Shown: in pieces, positions 1 to 11,840 of the stretch
Numbering within the stretch: position 1 is the stretch's first letter
Layout: each line of letters begins with the position of its first letter
Virus record (IMG/VR): IMGVR_UViG_2531839586_000008
DNA length: 17,425 nucleotides
DNA from: a virus
Lineage: Duplodnaviria > Heunggongvirae > Uroviricota > Caudoviricetes
Direction: 5' to 3' (one strand)
Made by a program: the position numbers and the translations under genes
Notes under the pieces: model-generated
Database searches by the model: none
Seen by the model: only the letters and a program-made list of their open reading frames with translations
What the model was told of the DNA's origin: nothing

Positions 1-321
<321 letters not shown>

Positions 322-443
322 CTCACGCGCATATTAACGAGAGCCTTTCAGTAAGCGAGCCTGAGAAATGCCGTTATAGGTGGCGACCTCTCTCGGGCGG
401 CTTTTCTGTGAGACAGGCTCACTTTCTAAAAGGTAAAGACGCT

Positions 444-968
444 ATGAATAATCATTCAGTTATTCCAGCCTTCGACTTCCGAGAAATGGTGCAAGCCAAA
501 AACGGAGAGGTCGTTACCACATCCAGAAAAATTGCCAAGTACTTCGGCAAGCGACACGGTGATGTTCTCAGGAAAATCGAGCAGGTTAAGGCTGATTGCT
601 CGCGTGAGTTTAGCCAACGCAATTTTGCGTCGGCTGATTATATCGATGAGCAGGGCAAGGTTCGCCCGATGTACAGCCTGACGAAAGATGGCTGGATCAT
701 GGTTGTGATGGGGTTCACCGGGAAAGCTGCTGCGGCAATCAAGGAGAGCTATATCGCAGCATTCAACTGGATGGCAGAACAACTGAGCCGCCGCATGGCA
801 ATTGGCGAAGAAATGCAGCACCGCTACGCCATCAAAGAAACACGCTCAAAGCTGAAAGGTACGATCGGCAGTCGGTTAATGAACGAACGGAAGAAAGAGA
901 AGCGTGTCCTGGCTGTCGAGCATGAATACATCTTGCAGGTGACACAGCCTGAACTGCTGATTAATTGA
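444..968 (+). CDS. Rha-family phage regulatory protein (antirepressor-like)
   Basis: 174-aa ORF from the ATG at 444, with an AAGG-containing stretch (428-432) about 11 nt upstream. Sequence VVTTSRKIAKYFGKRHGDVLRKIE...MYSLTKDGWIMVVMGFTGKAAAAIKESYIAAFNWM matches the Phage_pRha domain pattern. The 294 start offered by the ORF track probably lies in the IS end or junction. Confidence 0.75.
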   Translation: MNNHSVIPAFDFREMVQAKNGEVVTTSRKIAKYFGKRHGDVLRKIEQVKADCSREFSQRNFASADYIDEQGKVRPMYSLTKDGWIMVVMGFTGKAAAAIKESYIAAFNWMAEQLSRRMAIGEEMQHRYAIKETRSKLKGTIGSRLMNERKKEKRVLAVEHEYILQVTQPELLIN

Positions 969-1270
969 AGATGTCATTACAAAGCCTATCTACGGGGGGC
1001 TTGATAATGGCTTATACCCTGCACGGGATAACTTAACTGATATCCCTTTTAACGGATAAAGGTATTCAAGCCTGACACATCATGCGCTGTATCGTCGCCG
1101 TATTCCCGCATTAACCATGACCGTAGCACGACGGGGAATTCCTTCTGCGGGAGGGTGCGGGAATAATCAAAAACGATGCACACCGGGTTATTAACGCGTC
1201 AACTGAACGCGGGGTTGCTCTTCATGTCAGCCAGTCCGGTGCAGGGGTAGAAGAAACCGGACGTTATGGT

Positions 1271-1681
1271 TTAGTGTGGAAACATTTGTGATGTGCTCTG
1301 TATGTTTTCAGTAAAGAGTAATGAATTATCAAAGGCATAGTAATATCTTTTTTGTTCGTGGATATTTGTAACCCACCGAAAAACTCCTGCTTTAGCAAGG
1401 TTTCTTCTGTATTCCTGAAATGTGATCTCTCTGGATTTCAGCTTATTAGAGGTCGTTTCTATAAGATGCCTATCCTTTGAAAATTTGACAGACACAATGT
1501 TTTTTAGGCCCTTTAATAACACTGTATTATCATTTTTTAATACAATATGAACATTCTCTGTGGCTAAATAGTAAATGTAATGTGAGACATTATGACGTTT
1601 TAGCTCAGAATAAAACCATTGATAGTTTAAATCGTTTCGAACTTTATCAAATATTTGTTTAAAAATGACTACCTGATCCAT
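1271..1681 (-). CDS. DUF1398-family prophage protein (YdfO/YbcV-like), 136 aa
   Basis: Minus-strand ORF. Start chosen at the ATG (MDQVV...) that has a GGAAGG Shine-Dalgarno 7 nt upstream, rather than the upstream GTG at 1723. The region is markedly AT-rich compared with flanking phage DNA. Length and sequence resemble the E. coli cryptic-prophage proteins YdfO/YbcV (recalled, not searched). Confidence 0.7.
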   Translation of the reverse strand: MDQVVIFKQIFDKVRNDLNYQWFYSELKRHNVSHYIYYLATENVHIVLKNDNTVLLKGLKNIVSVKFSKDRHLIETTSNKLKSREITFQEYRRNLAKAGVFRWVTNIHEQKRYYYAFDNSLLFTENIQSTSQMFPH

Positions 1682-1739
1682 AGATAAACCTTCCATGTGA
1701 TATGAGGGGGGCGTAGTCTGCACGATTATCTAAATTGCT

Positions 1740-1973
1740 TCAATCTGGTCTGATCTGTTTTCTGAGCAATTCAGTAATGTCACTCTTTTCTTTGTTTGCT
1801 TCAGGAGAAACTCTTTTTTCTGAGCACAGTCTCCGGCGGCAGGCTTCAATGACCCAGGCTGAGAAATTCCCGGACCCTTTTTGATCAAGAGCGATGTTAA
1901 TTTGTTCAATCATTTGGTTAGGAAAGCGGATGTTGCGGGTTGTTGTTCTGCGGGTTCTGTTCTTCGTTGACAT
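1740..1973 (-). CDS. DUF3950-family small protein with ribbon-helix-helix-like core (YnfO/YlcI-like), 77 aa
   Basis: Minus-strand ORF MSTKNRTRRTTTRNIRFPNQMIEQINIALDQKGSGNFSAWVIEACRRRL... The basic N-terminal tail followed by a beta-strand/helix/helix pattern is typical of RHH (CopG/Arc-type) DNA-binding proteins. It sits immediately next to cos/Nu1, as ynfO/ylcI sit next to nohA/nohD in E. coli K-12 cryptic prophages. Confidence 0.7.
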   Translation of the reverse strand: MSTKNRTRRTTTRNIRFPNQMIEQINIALDQKGSGNFSAWVIEACRRRLCSEKRVSPEANKEKSDITELLRKQIRPD

Positions 1974-2172
1974 GAGGTTGCCCTGTATTCAGTGTCACTG
2001 ATTTGTATTGTCTGAAGTTGTTTTTACGTTAAGTTGATGCAGATCAATTAATACGATACCTGCGTCATAATTGATTATTTGACGTGGTTTGATGGCGTAG
2101 ATGCACGTTGTGACATGCAGATGATAATTATTATCATTTTGCGGATCCTTTCCGGCGATCCGACAGGTTACG

Positions 2173-2184
2173 GGGCGGCGACCT
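2173..2184 (+). other. cosN, the 12-nt cohesive-end sequence GGGCGGCGACCT (terminase nicking site)
   Basis: Exact match to the lambda left cohesive end, preceded by ...CCGACAGGTTACG as at the lambda right end, and located about 190 bp upstream of Nu1 as in lambda. Confidence 0.85.
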
Positions 2185-2220
2185 CTCGGGTTTTCGCTAT
2201 TTATGAAAATTTTCCGGTTT

Positions 2221-2340
2221 AAGGCGTTTCCGTTCTTCTTCGTCGTAACTTAATGTTTTTATTTAAAATACCCCCTGAAAAGAAAGGAAACGACAGGTGC
2301 TGAAAGCGAGCTTTTTGGCCTCTGTCGTTTCCTTTCTCTG
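2221..2340 (+). other. cosB terminase small-subunit binding region: R3 (2225-2238), AT-rich I1/IHF region (about 2244-2276), R2 (2281-2296, inverted), R1 (2322-2338)
   Basis: Three copies of the CGTTTCC(g/t)TTCT R-element. R2 is inverted relative to R3 and R1, and an AT-rich stretch lies between R3 and R2, matching lambda cosB organisation. Confidence 0.75.
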
Positions 2341-2361
2341 TTTTTGTCCGTGGAATGAACA

Positions 2362-2881
2362 ATGGAAGTCAACAAAAAGCAGCTGGCTGACATTTTCGGC
2401 GCGAGTATCCGTACCATTCAGAACTGGCAGGAACAGGGAATGCCCGTTCTGCGAGGCGGTGGCAAGGGTAATGAGGTGCTTTATGACTCTGCCGCCGTCA
2501 TAAAATGGTATGCCGAAAGGGATGCTGAAATTGAGAACGAAAAGCTGCGCCGGGAGGTTGAAGAACTGCGGCAGGCCAGCGAGGCAGATCTCCAGCCAGG
2601 GACTATTGAGTACGAACGCCATCGACTTACGCGTGCGCAGGCCGACGCACAGGAACTGAAGAATGCCAGAGACTCCGCTGAAGTGGTGGAAACCGCATTC
2701 TGTACTTTCGTGTTGTCGCGGATCGCAGGTGAAATTGCCAGTATTCTCGACGGGATCCCCCTGTCGGTGCAGCGGCGTTTTCCGGAACTGGAAAACCGAC
2801 ATGTTGATTTCCTGAAACGGGATATCATCAAAGCCATGAACAAAGCAGCCGCGCTGGATGAACTGATACCGGGGTTGCTGA

Positions 2882-2907
<26 letters not shown>
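2362..2907 (+). CDS. nu1: Terminase small subunit Nu1
   Basis: 181-aa ORF MEVNKKQLADIFGASIRTIQNWQEQGMPVLRGGGKGNEVLYDSAAVIKWYAERD..., recognisable as lambda gpNu1 (winged-HTH N-terminus). Sits directly downstream of cosB. Confidence 0.95.
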
Positions 2908-6581
<3,674 letters not shown>

Positions 6582-6601
<20 letters not shown>

Positions 6602-7897
6602 TCTCCCGCATATTGCCAGTATGGCCTTTAATGAGCCGCTGATGCTTGAACCCGCCTATGCGCGGGTTTTCTTTTGTGCGCTTGCAGGCCAGCTTGGGAT
6701 CAGCCGCCTGACGGATGCGGTGTCCGGTGACAGCCTGACTGCCCAGGAGACACTCGCGACGCTGGCGTTATCCGGTGATGATGACGGACCACGACAGGCC
6801 CGCAGTTATCAGGTCATGAACGGCATCGCCGTGCTGTCGGTTTCCGGCACGCTGGTCAGCCGGACGCGGGCGCTGCAGCCGTACTCGGGGATGACCGGTT
6901 ACAACGGCATTATCGCCCGTCTGCAACAGGCTGCCAGCGACCCGATGGTGGACGGCATTCTGCTCGATATGGACACGCCAGGCGGAATGGTGGCGGGGGC
7001 ATTTGACTGCGCTGACATCATCGCCCGTGTGCGTGACATAAAACCGGTATGGGCGCTGGCCAACGACATGAACTGCAGTGCAGGTCAGCTGCTTGCCAGT
7101 GCCGCCTCCCGGCGTCTGGTCACGCAGACCGCCCGGACAGGCTCCATCGGCGTCATGATGGCTCACAGTAATTACGGTGCTGCCCTGGAGAAACAGGGCG
7201 TGGAAATCACGCTGATTTACAGCGGCAGCCATAAGGTGGATGGCAATCCCTACAGCCATCTTCCGGATGACGTCCGGGAGACACTGCAGTCCCGGATGGA
7301 CGCAACCCGCCAGATGTTTGCGCAGAAGGTGTCGGCATATACCGGCCTGTCTGTGCAGGCTGTGCTGGATACCGAGGCTGCAGTGTACAGCGGTCAGGAG
7401 GCCATTGATGCCGGACTGGCTGATGAACTTGTTAACAGCACCGATGCGATCACCGTCATGCGTGATGCACTGGATGCCTAAATCCCGTCTCTCAGGAGGG
7501 CGAATGACCAAAGAGACTCAATCAACAACTGTTTCAGCCACTGCTTCGCAGCTGACGTTACTGACGTGGTGCCAGCGACGGAGGGCGAAAACGCCAGCGC
7601 GGCGCAGCCGGACGTGAACGCGCAGATCACGCTGCGGTTGCGGCAGAAAACAGCCGCATTATGGGGATCCTCAACTGTGAGGAGGCTCACGGACGCGAAG
7701 AACAGGCGCGCGTGCTGGCAGAAACCCCCGGTATGACCGTGGAAACGGCCCGCCGCATTCTGGCCGCAGCACCACAGAGTGCACAGGCGCGCAGTGACAC
7801 TGCGCTGGATCGTCTGATGCAGGGGGCACCGGCACCGCTGGCTGCAGGTAACCCGGCATCTGATGCCGTTAACGATTTGCTGAACACACCAGTGTAA
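6582..7897 (+). pseudogene. C: Head maturation protease C with nested scaffold Nu3, frame-disrupted
   Basis: GTG start 20 nt inside the B 3' end (VTAELRNLPHIASMAFNEPL...). Frame 0 stops at 7479-7481 (...VMRDALDA*). Continuation KSRLSGGRMTKETQSTTVSATASQ is in frame 1, and the C-terminus MGILNCEEAHGREEQARVLAETPG...NDLLNTPV is in frame 2, ending at 7897. Confidence 0.7.
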
Positions 7898-7906
7898 GGG
7901 ATGTTT

Positions 7907-8239
7907 ATGACGAGCAAAGAAACCTTTACCCATTACCAGCCGCTGGGCAACAGTGACCCGGCACATACGGCAACCGCGCCCGGCGGATTGAGTGCGAAAG
8001 CGCCTGCAATGACCCCGCTGATGCTGGACACCTCCACCCGTAAGCTGGTTGCGTGGGATGGCACCACCGACGGTACTGCCGTTGGCATTCTGGCGGTTGA
8101 TGCTGACCAGACCAGCACCACGCTGACGTTCTACAAGTCCGGCACGTTCCGTTATGAGGATGTGCTCTGGCCGGAGGCTGCCAGCGACGAGACGAAAAAA
8201 CGGACCGCGTTTGCCGGAACGGCAATCAGCATCGTTTAA
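7907..8239 (+). CDS. D: Head decoration protein D, 110 aa
   Basis: [46 protein letters not shown]...AISIV, recognisable as lambda gpD. Start ATG at 7907 with AAGGG upstream. Confidence 0.9.
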   Translation: MTSKETFTHYQPLGNSDPAHTATAPGGLSAKAPAMTPLMLDTSTRKLVAWDGTTDGTAVGILAVDADQTSTTLTFYKSGTFRYEDVLWPEAASDETKKRTAFAGTAISIV

Positions 8240-8260
8240 CCTTACCCTTCATCACTAAAG

Positions 8261-8281
8261 GCCGCCTGTGCGGCTTTTTTT
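8261..8281 (+). terminator. GC hairpin plus T-run between D and E (GCCGC-CTGT-GCGGC-TTTTTTT); terminator-like, probably read through in the late operon
   Basis: 5-bp GC stem with a 4-nt loop followed by 7 T, directly seen in the sequence. Its function as a terminator is not established. Confidence 0.3.
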
Positions 8282-8294
8282 ACGGGATTTTTTT

Positions 8295-9320
8295 ATGTCG
8301 ATGTACACAACCGCCCAGCTGCTGGCGGCAAATGAGCAGAAATTTAAGTTTGATCCGCTGTTTCTGCGTCTCTTTTTCCGTGAGAGCTATCCCTTCACCA
8401 CGGAGAAAGTCTATCTCTCACAAATTCCGGGACTGGTAAACATGGCGCTGTACGTTTCGCCGATTGTTTCCGGTGAGGTTATCCGCTCCCGTGGCGGCTC
8501 CACCTCTGAATTTACACCGGGATATGTCAAGCCGAAGCATGAGGTGAATCCGCAGATGACCCTGCGTCGCCTGCCGGATGAAGATCCGCAGAATCTGGCG
8601 GACCCGGCTTACCGCCGCCGTCGCATCATTATGCAGAACATGCGTGACGAAGAGCTGGCCATTGCCCAGGTCGAAGAGATGCAGGCAGTTTCTGCCGTGC
8701 TTAAGGGCAAATACACCATGACCGGTGAAGCTTTCGATCCGGTTGAGGTGGATATGGGCCGCAGTGCGGCCAACAACATCACGCAGTCCGGCGGCACGGA
8801 GTGGAGCAAGCGTGACAAGTCCACGTATGACCCGACCGACGATATCGAAGCCTACGCGCTGAACGCCAGCGGAGTGGTGAATATCATCGTGTTTGATCCG
8901 AAAGGCTGGGCGCTGTTCCGTTCCTTCAAAGCCGTCAAGGAGAAGCTGGATACCCGTCGCGGCTCTAATTCCGAGCTGGAGACAGCGGTAAAAGACCTGG
9001 GCGAAGCGGTGTCCTATAAGGGGATGTATGGCGATACGGCGATCGTCGTGTATTCCGGACAGTACGTGGAAAACGACGTCAAAAAGAACTTCCTTCCGGA
9101 CAACACGATGGTGCTGGGGAACACTCAGGCACGCGGTCTGCGCACCTATGGCTGCATTCAGGATGCGGACGCACAGCGCGAAGGTATTAACGCCTCTGCC
9201 CGCTACCCGAAAAACTGGGTGACCACCGGCGATCCGGCGCGTGAGTTCACCATGATTCAGTCAGCACCGCTGATGCTGCTGGCTGATCCTGATGCGTTCG
9301 TGTCCGTACAACTGGCGTAA
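8295..9320 (+). CDS. E: Major capsid protein E, 341 aa
   Basis: ORF from MSMYTTAQLLAANEQKFKFDPLFLRLFFRESYPFTTEKVYLSQIPG... to ...FVSVQLA, recognisable as lambda gpE. The ORF track's upstream start at 8268 is rejected. Confidence 0.95.
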   Translation: MSMYTTAQLLAANEQKFKFDPLFLRLFFRESYPFTTEKVYLSQIPGLVNMALYVSPIVSGEVIRSRGGSTSEFTPGYVKPKHEVNPQMTLRRLPDEDPQNLADPAYRRRRIIMQNMRDEELAIAQVEEMQAVSAVLKGKYTMTGEAFDPVEVDMGRSAANNITQSGGTEWSKRDKSTYDPTDDIEAYALNASGVVNIIVFDPKGWALFRSFKAVKEKLDTRRGSNSELETAVKDLGEAVSYKGMYGDTAIVVYSGQYVENDVKKNFLPDNTMVLGNTQARGLRTYGCIQDADAQREGINASARYPKNWVTTGDPAREFTMIQSAPLMLLADPDAFVSVQLA

Positions 9321-9361
9321 TCATGGCCCTTCGGGGCCATTTTCTCTCTGTGGAGGAGTCT

Positions 9362-9754
9362 ATGACGAAAGATGAACTGATTGCCCGTCTTCAGGTGCTG
9401 GGTGAGCAACTGAACCGTGATGTCAGCCTGACGGGGACGAAAGAAGAACTGGTGCTCCGTGTGGCAGAGCTGGAAGAGGAGCTTGATGACACGGATGACG
9501 CTGCCGGTCAGGACACATCTGTCAGCCCGGAAAATGCGCTGACCGGACATGAAAATGAGGTGGTATCAGCGCAGCCGGATACCGTGATTGATACGGCTGC
9601 TCTGGTCACGGTCGTGGCACTGGTGACGCTGCATACTGATGCACTTCACGCCACGCGGGATGAGCCTGTGGCATTTGTGCTGCCGGGAACGGCGTTTCGT
9701 GTCTCTGCCGGTGTGGCAGCCGAAATGACAGACGGCCTGGCCAGAATGCAATAA
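9362..9754 (+). CDS. FI: DNA-packaging accessory protein FI, 130 aa
   Basis: ORF MTKDELIARLQVLGEQLNRDVSLTGTKEELVLRVAELEEELDD..., with GGAGG RBS upstream. Preceded by the hairpin ATGGCCC-TTCG-GGGCCAT at 9323-9340. Confidence 0.85.
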   Translation: MTKDELIARLQVLGEQLNRDVSLTGTKEELVLRVAELEEELDDTDDAAGQDTSVSPENALTGHENEVVSAQPDTVIDTAALVTVVALVTLHTDALHATRDEPVAFVLPGTAFRVSAGVAAEMTDGLARMQ

Positions 9755-9765
9755 CGGGAGGCGCT

Positions 9766-10116
9766 GTGGCTGATTCGATAACCTGTTCGATGCTGCCATT
9801 GCCCGCGCCGATGAAACGATACGCGGGTACATGGGAACGTCAGCCACCATGACATCCGGTGAGCGTCGGTGCGGTGATACGTGGTGTTTTTGATGACCCT
9901 GAAAATATCAGCTATGCCGGACAGGGCGTGCGCGTTGAAGGCTCCAGCCCGTCCCTGTTTGTCCGGACTGATGATGTGCGGCAGCTGCGGCGCGGCGACA
10001 CGCTGACCATCGGTGAGGAAAACTTCTGGATAGACCGGATTTCGCCGGATGATGGCGGAAGCTGTCATCTCTGGCTTGGGCGGGGCGTACCGCCTGCCGT
10101 TAACCGTCGCCGCTGA
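9766..10116 (+). pseudogene. FII: Head-tail connector protein FII, frame-disrupted near the N-terminus
   Basis: GTG at 9766 follows a GGGAGG RBS, but that frame hits TGA after about 28 codons. The FII-like N-terminal peptide DNLFDAAIARADETIRGYMGTSAT is in another frame, and the conserved C-terminal 85 aa (...GAVIRGVFDDPENISYAGQGVRVEG...NRRR) is in the 9859-10116 frame. Confidence 0.65.
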
Positions 10117-10127
10117 AAGGGGGATGT

Positions 10128-10706
10128 ATGGCCATAAAAGGTCTTGAGCAGGCCGTTGAAAACCTCAGCCGTATCAGCAAAACGGCGGTGCCTGGTGCCG
10201 CCGCAATGACCATTAACCGCGTTGCGTCATCCGCGATATCGCAGTCTGCGTCACAGGTTGCCCGTGAGACAAAGGTACGCCGGAAACTGGTAAAGGAAAG
10301 GGCCAGGCTGAAAAGGGCCACGGTCAAAAATCCGCAGGCCAGAATCAGGGTTAACCGGGGGGATTTGCCCGTAATCAAGCTGGGTAACGCGCGGGTTGTC
10401 CTTTCGCGCCGCAGGCGTCGTAAAAAGGGGCAGCGTTCATCCCTGAAAGGTGGCGGCAGCGTGCTTGTGGTGGGAAACCGTCGTATTCCCGGCGCGTTTA
10501 TTCAGCAACTGAAAAATGGCCGGTGGCATGTCATGCAGCGTGTGGCCGGGAAAAACCGTTACCCCATTGATGTGGTGAAAATCCCGATGGCGGTGCCGCT
10601 TACCACGGCGTTTAAACAGAATATTGAACGGATACGGCGTGAATGTCTTCCGAAAGAGCTGGGCTATGCGCTGCAGCATCAACTGAGAATGGTAATAAAG
10701 CGATGA
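10128..10706 (+). CDS. Z: Tail completion protein Z, 192 aa
   Basis: Intact ORF MAIKGLEQAVENLSRISKTAVPGAAAMTINRVASSAISQSASQVARETKVRRKL... with GGGGGA RBS. Position and sequence match lambda gpZ. Confidence 0.9.
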   Translation: MAIKGLEQAVENLSRISKTAVPGAAAMTINRVASSAISQSASQVARETKVRRKLVKERARLKRATVKNPQARIRVNRGDLPVIKLGNARVVLSRRRRRKKGQRSSLKGGGSVLVVGNRRIPGAFIQQLKNGRWHVMQRVAGKNRYPIDVVKIPMAVPLTTAFKQNIERIRRECLPKELGYALQHQLRMVIKR

Positions 10707-11098
10707 AACATACTGAACTCCGTGCAGCCGTACTGGATGCACTGGAGAAGCATGACACCGGGGCGACGCTTTTTGATGGTCGCCCCGCTGTTTTTGATGA
10801 GGCGGATTTTCCGGCAATTGCCGTTTATCTCACCGGCGCTGAATACACGGGCGAAGAGCTGGACAGCGATACATGGCAGGCGGAGCTGCATATTGAAGTT
10901 TTCCTGCCTGCTCAGGTGCCGGATTCAGAGCTGGATTCGTGGATGGAGTCCCGGATTTATCCGGTGATGAGTGATATCCCGGCACTGTCAGATTTGATCA
11001 CCAGTATGGTGGCCAGCGGCTATGACTACCGGCGCGACGATGATGCGGGCCTGTGGAGTTCAGCCGATCTGACTTATGTCATTACCTATGAAATGTGA
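10703..11098 (+). CDS. U: Tail terminator protein U, 131 aa
   Basis: [48 protein letters not shown]...ITYEM, with ATGA overlap with the Z stop. The ORF track's upstream start at 10643 is rejected. Confidence 0.9.
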   Translation: MKHTELRAAVLDALEKHDTGATLFDGRPAVFDEADFPAIAVYLTGAEYTGEELDSDTWQAELHIEVFLPAQVPDSELDSWMESRIYPVMSDIPALSDLITSMVASGYDYRRDDDAGLWSSADLTYVITYEM

Positions 11099-11105
11099 GG
11101 ACGCT

Positions 11106-11825
11106 ATGCCTGTACCAAATCCTGTAATGCCGGTGAAAGGTGCCGGGACCACCCTGTGGGTTTATAAGGGAACGGTGACCCTTATGCGAACCCGCTTTCA
11201 GACGTTGACTGGTCGCGTCTGGCTAAAGTTAAAGACCTGACGCCCGGCGAACTGACCGCTGAGTCCTATGACGACAGCTATCTCGATGATGAAGATGCAG
11301 ACTGGACTGCGACCGGGCAGGGGCAGAAATCTGCCGGAGATACCAGCTTCACGCTGGCGTGGATGCCCGGAGAGCAGGGGCAGCAGGCGCTGCTGGCGTG
11401 GTTTAATGAAGGCGATACCCGTGCCTATAAAATCCGCTTCCCGAACGGCACGGTCGATGTGTTCCGTGGCTGGGTCAGCAGTATCGGTAAGGCGGTGACG
11501 GCGAAGGAAGTGATCACCCGACGGTGAAGTCACCAAGTGGGCGTCCGTCATGGCAGAAGATCGCAGACGGTACGCGGCAACCGGATGACGTGACGCCTGC
11601 CAGCCTCGGTGGTGAAAGGGCAGAGCACCACGCTGACCGTGGCATTCCAGCCGGAGGGCAACGACAAGAGCTTCCGTGCGGTGTCGCGGATAAAACAAAA
11701 GCACCGTGTCGGTCAGTGGTATGACCATCACCGTGAAGGGTTGCTGCAGGAAGGTCAACATTCCGGTTGTATCCGGTAATGGTGAGTTTGCTGCGGTTGC
11801 AGAAATCACCGTCACCGCCAGTTAA
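11106..11825 (+). pseudogene. V: Major tail tube protein V, heavily frame-disrupted
   Basis: ATG at 11106 gives [22 protein letters not shown], then the frame is lost (stop at 11238-11240). The V-like peptide [115 protein letters not shown] is in another frame and stops at 11525-11527. The C-terminal part is further scrambled up to the TAA at 11823-11825. No single ORF covers V. Confidence 0.7.
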
Positions 11826-11840
11826 TCCGGAGAGTCAGCG

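Noticed and set aside
2282-2350. Inverted repeat followed by a T-rich run just upstream of Nu1, resembling an intrinsic terminator
   Set aside because: The two arms are the cosB R2 and R1 terminase-binding repeats in their expected positions, so a terminator call is unnecessary.
2263-2802. 179-aa minus-strand ORF antisense to Nu1 and the cosB region
   Set aside because: It overlaps the well-supported Nu1 gene and the cos site on the opposite strand; a shadow ORF in GC-rich coding DNA.
6768-7966. Minus-strand ORFs 6768-7511 (247 aa) and 7478-7966 (162 aa), and plus ORFs 7240-7617 and 7661-7897
   Set aside because: The minus-strand ORFs are antisense shadows of C. The plus-strand ones are the frame-shifted continuation and C-terminus of C/Nu3 and are annotated as part of the C pseudogene.
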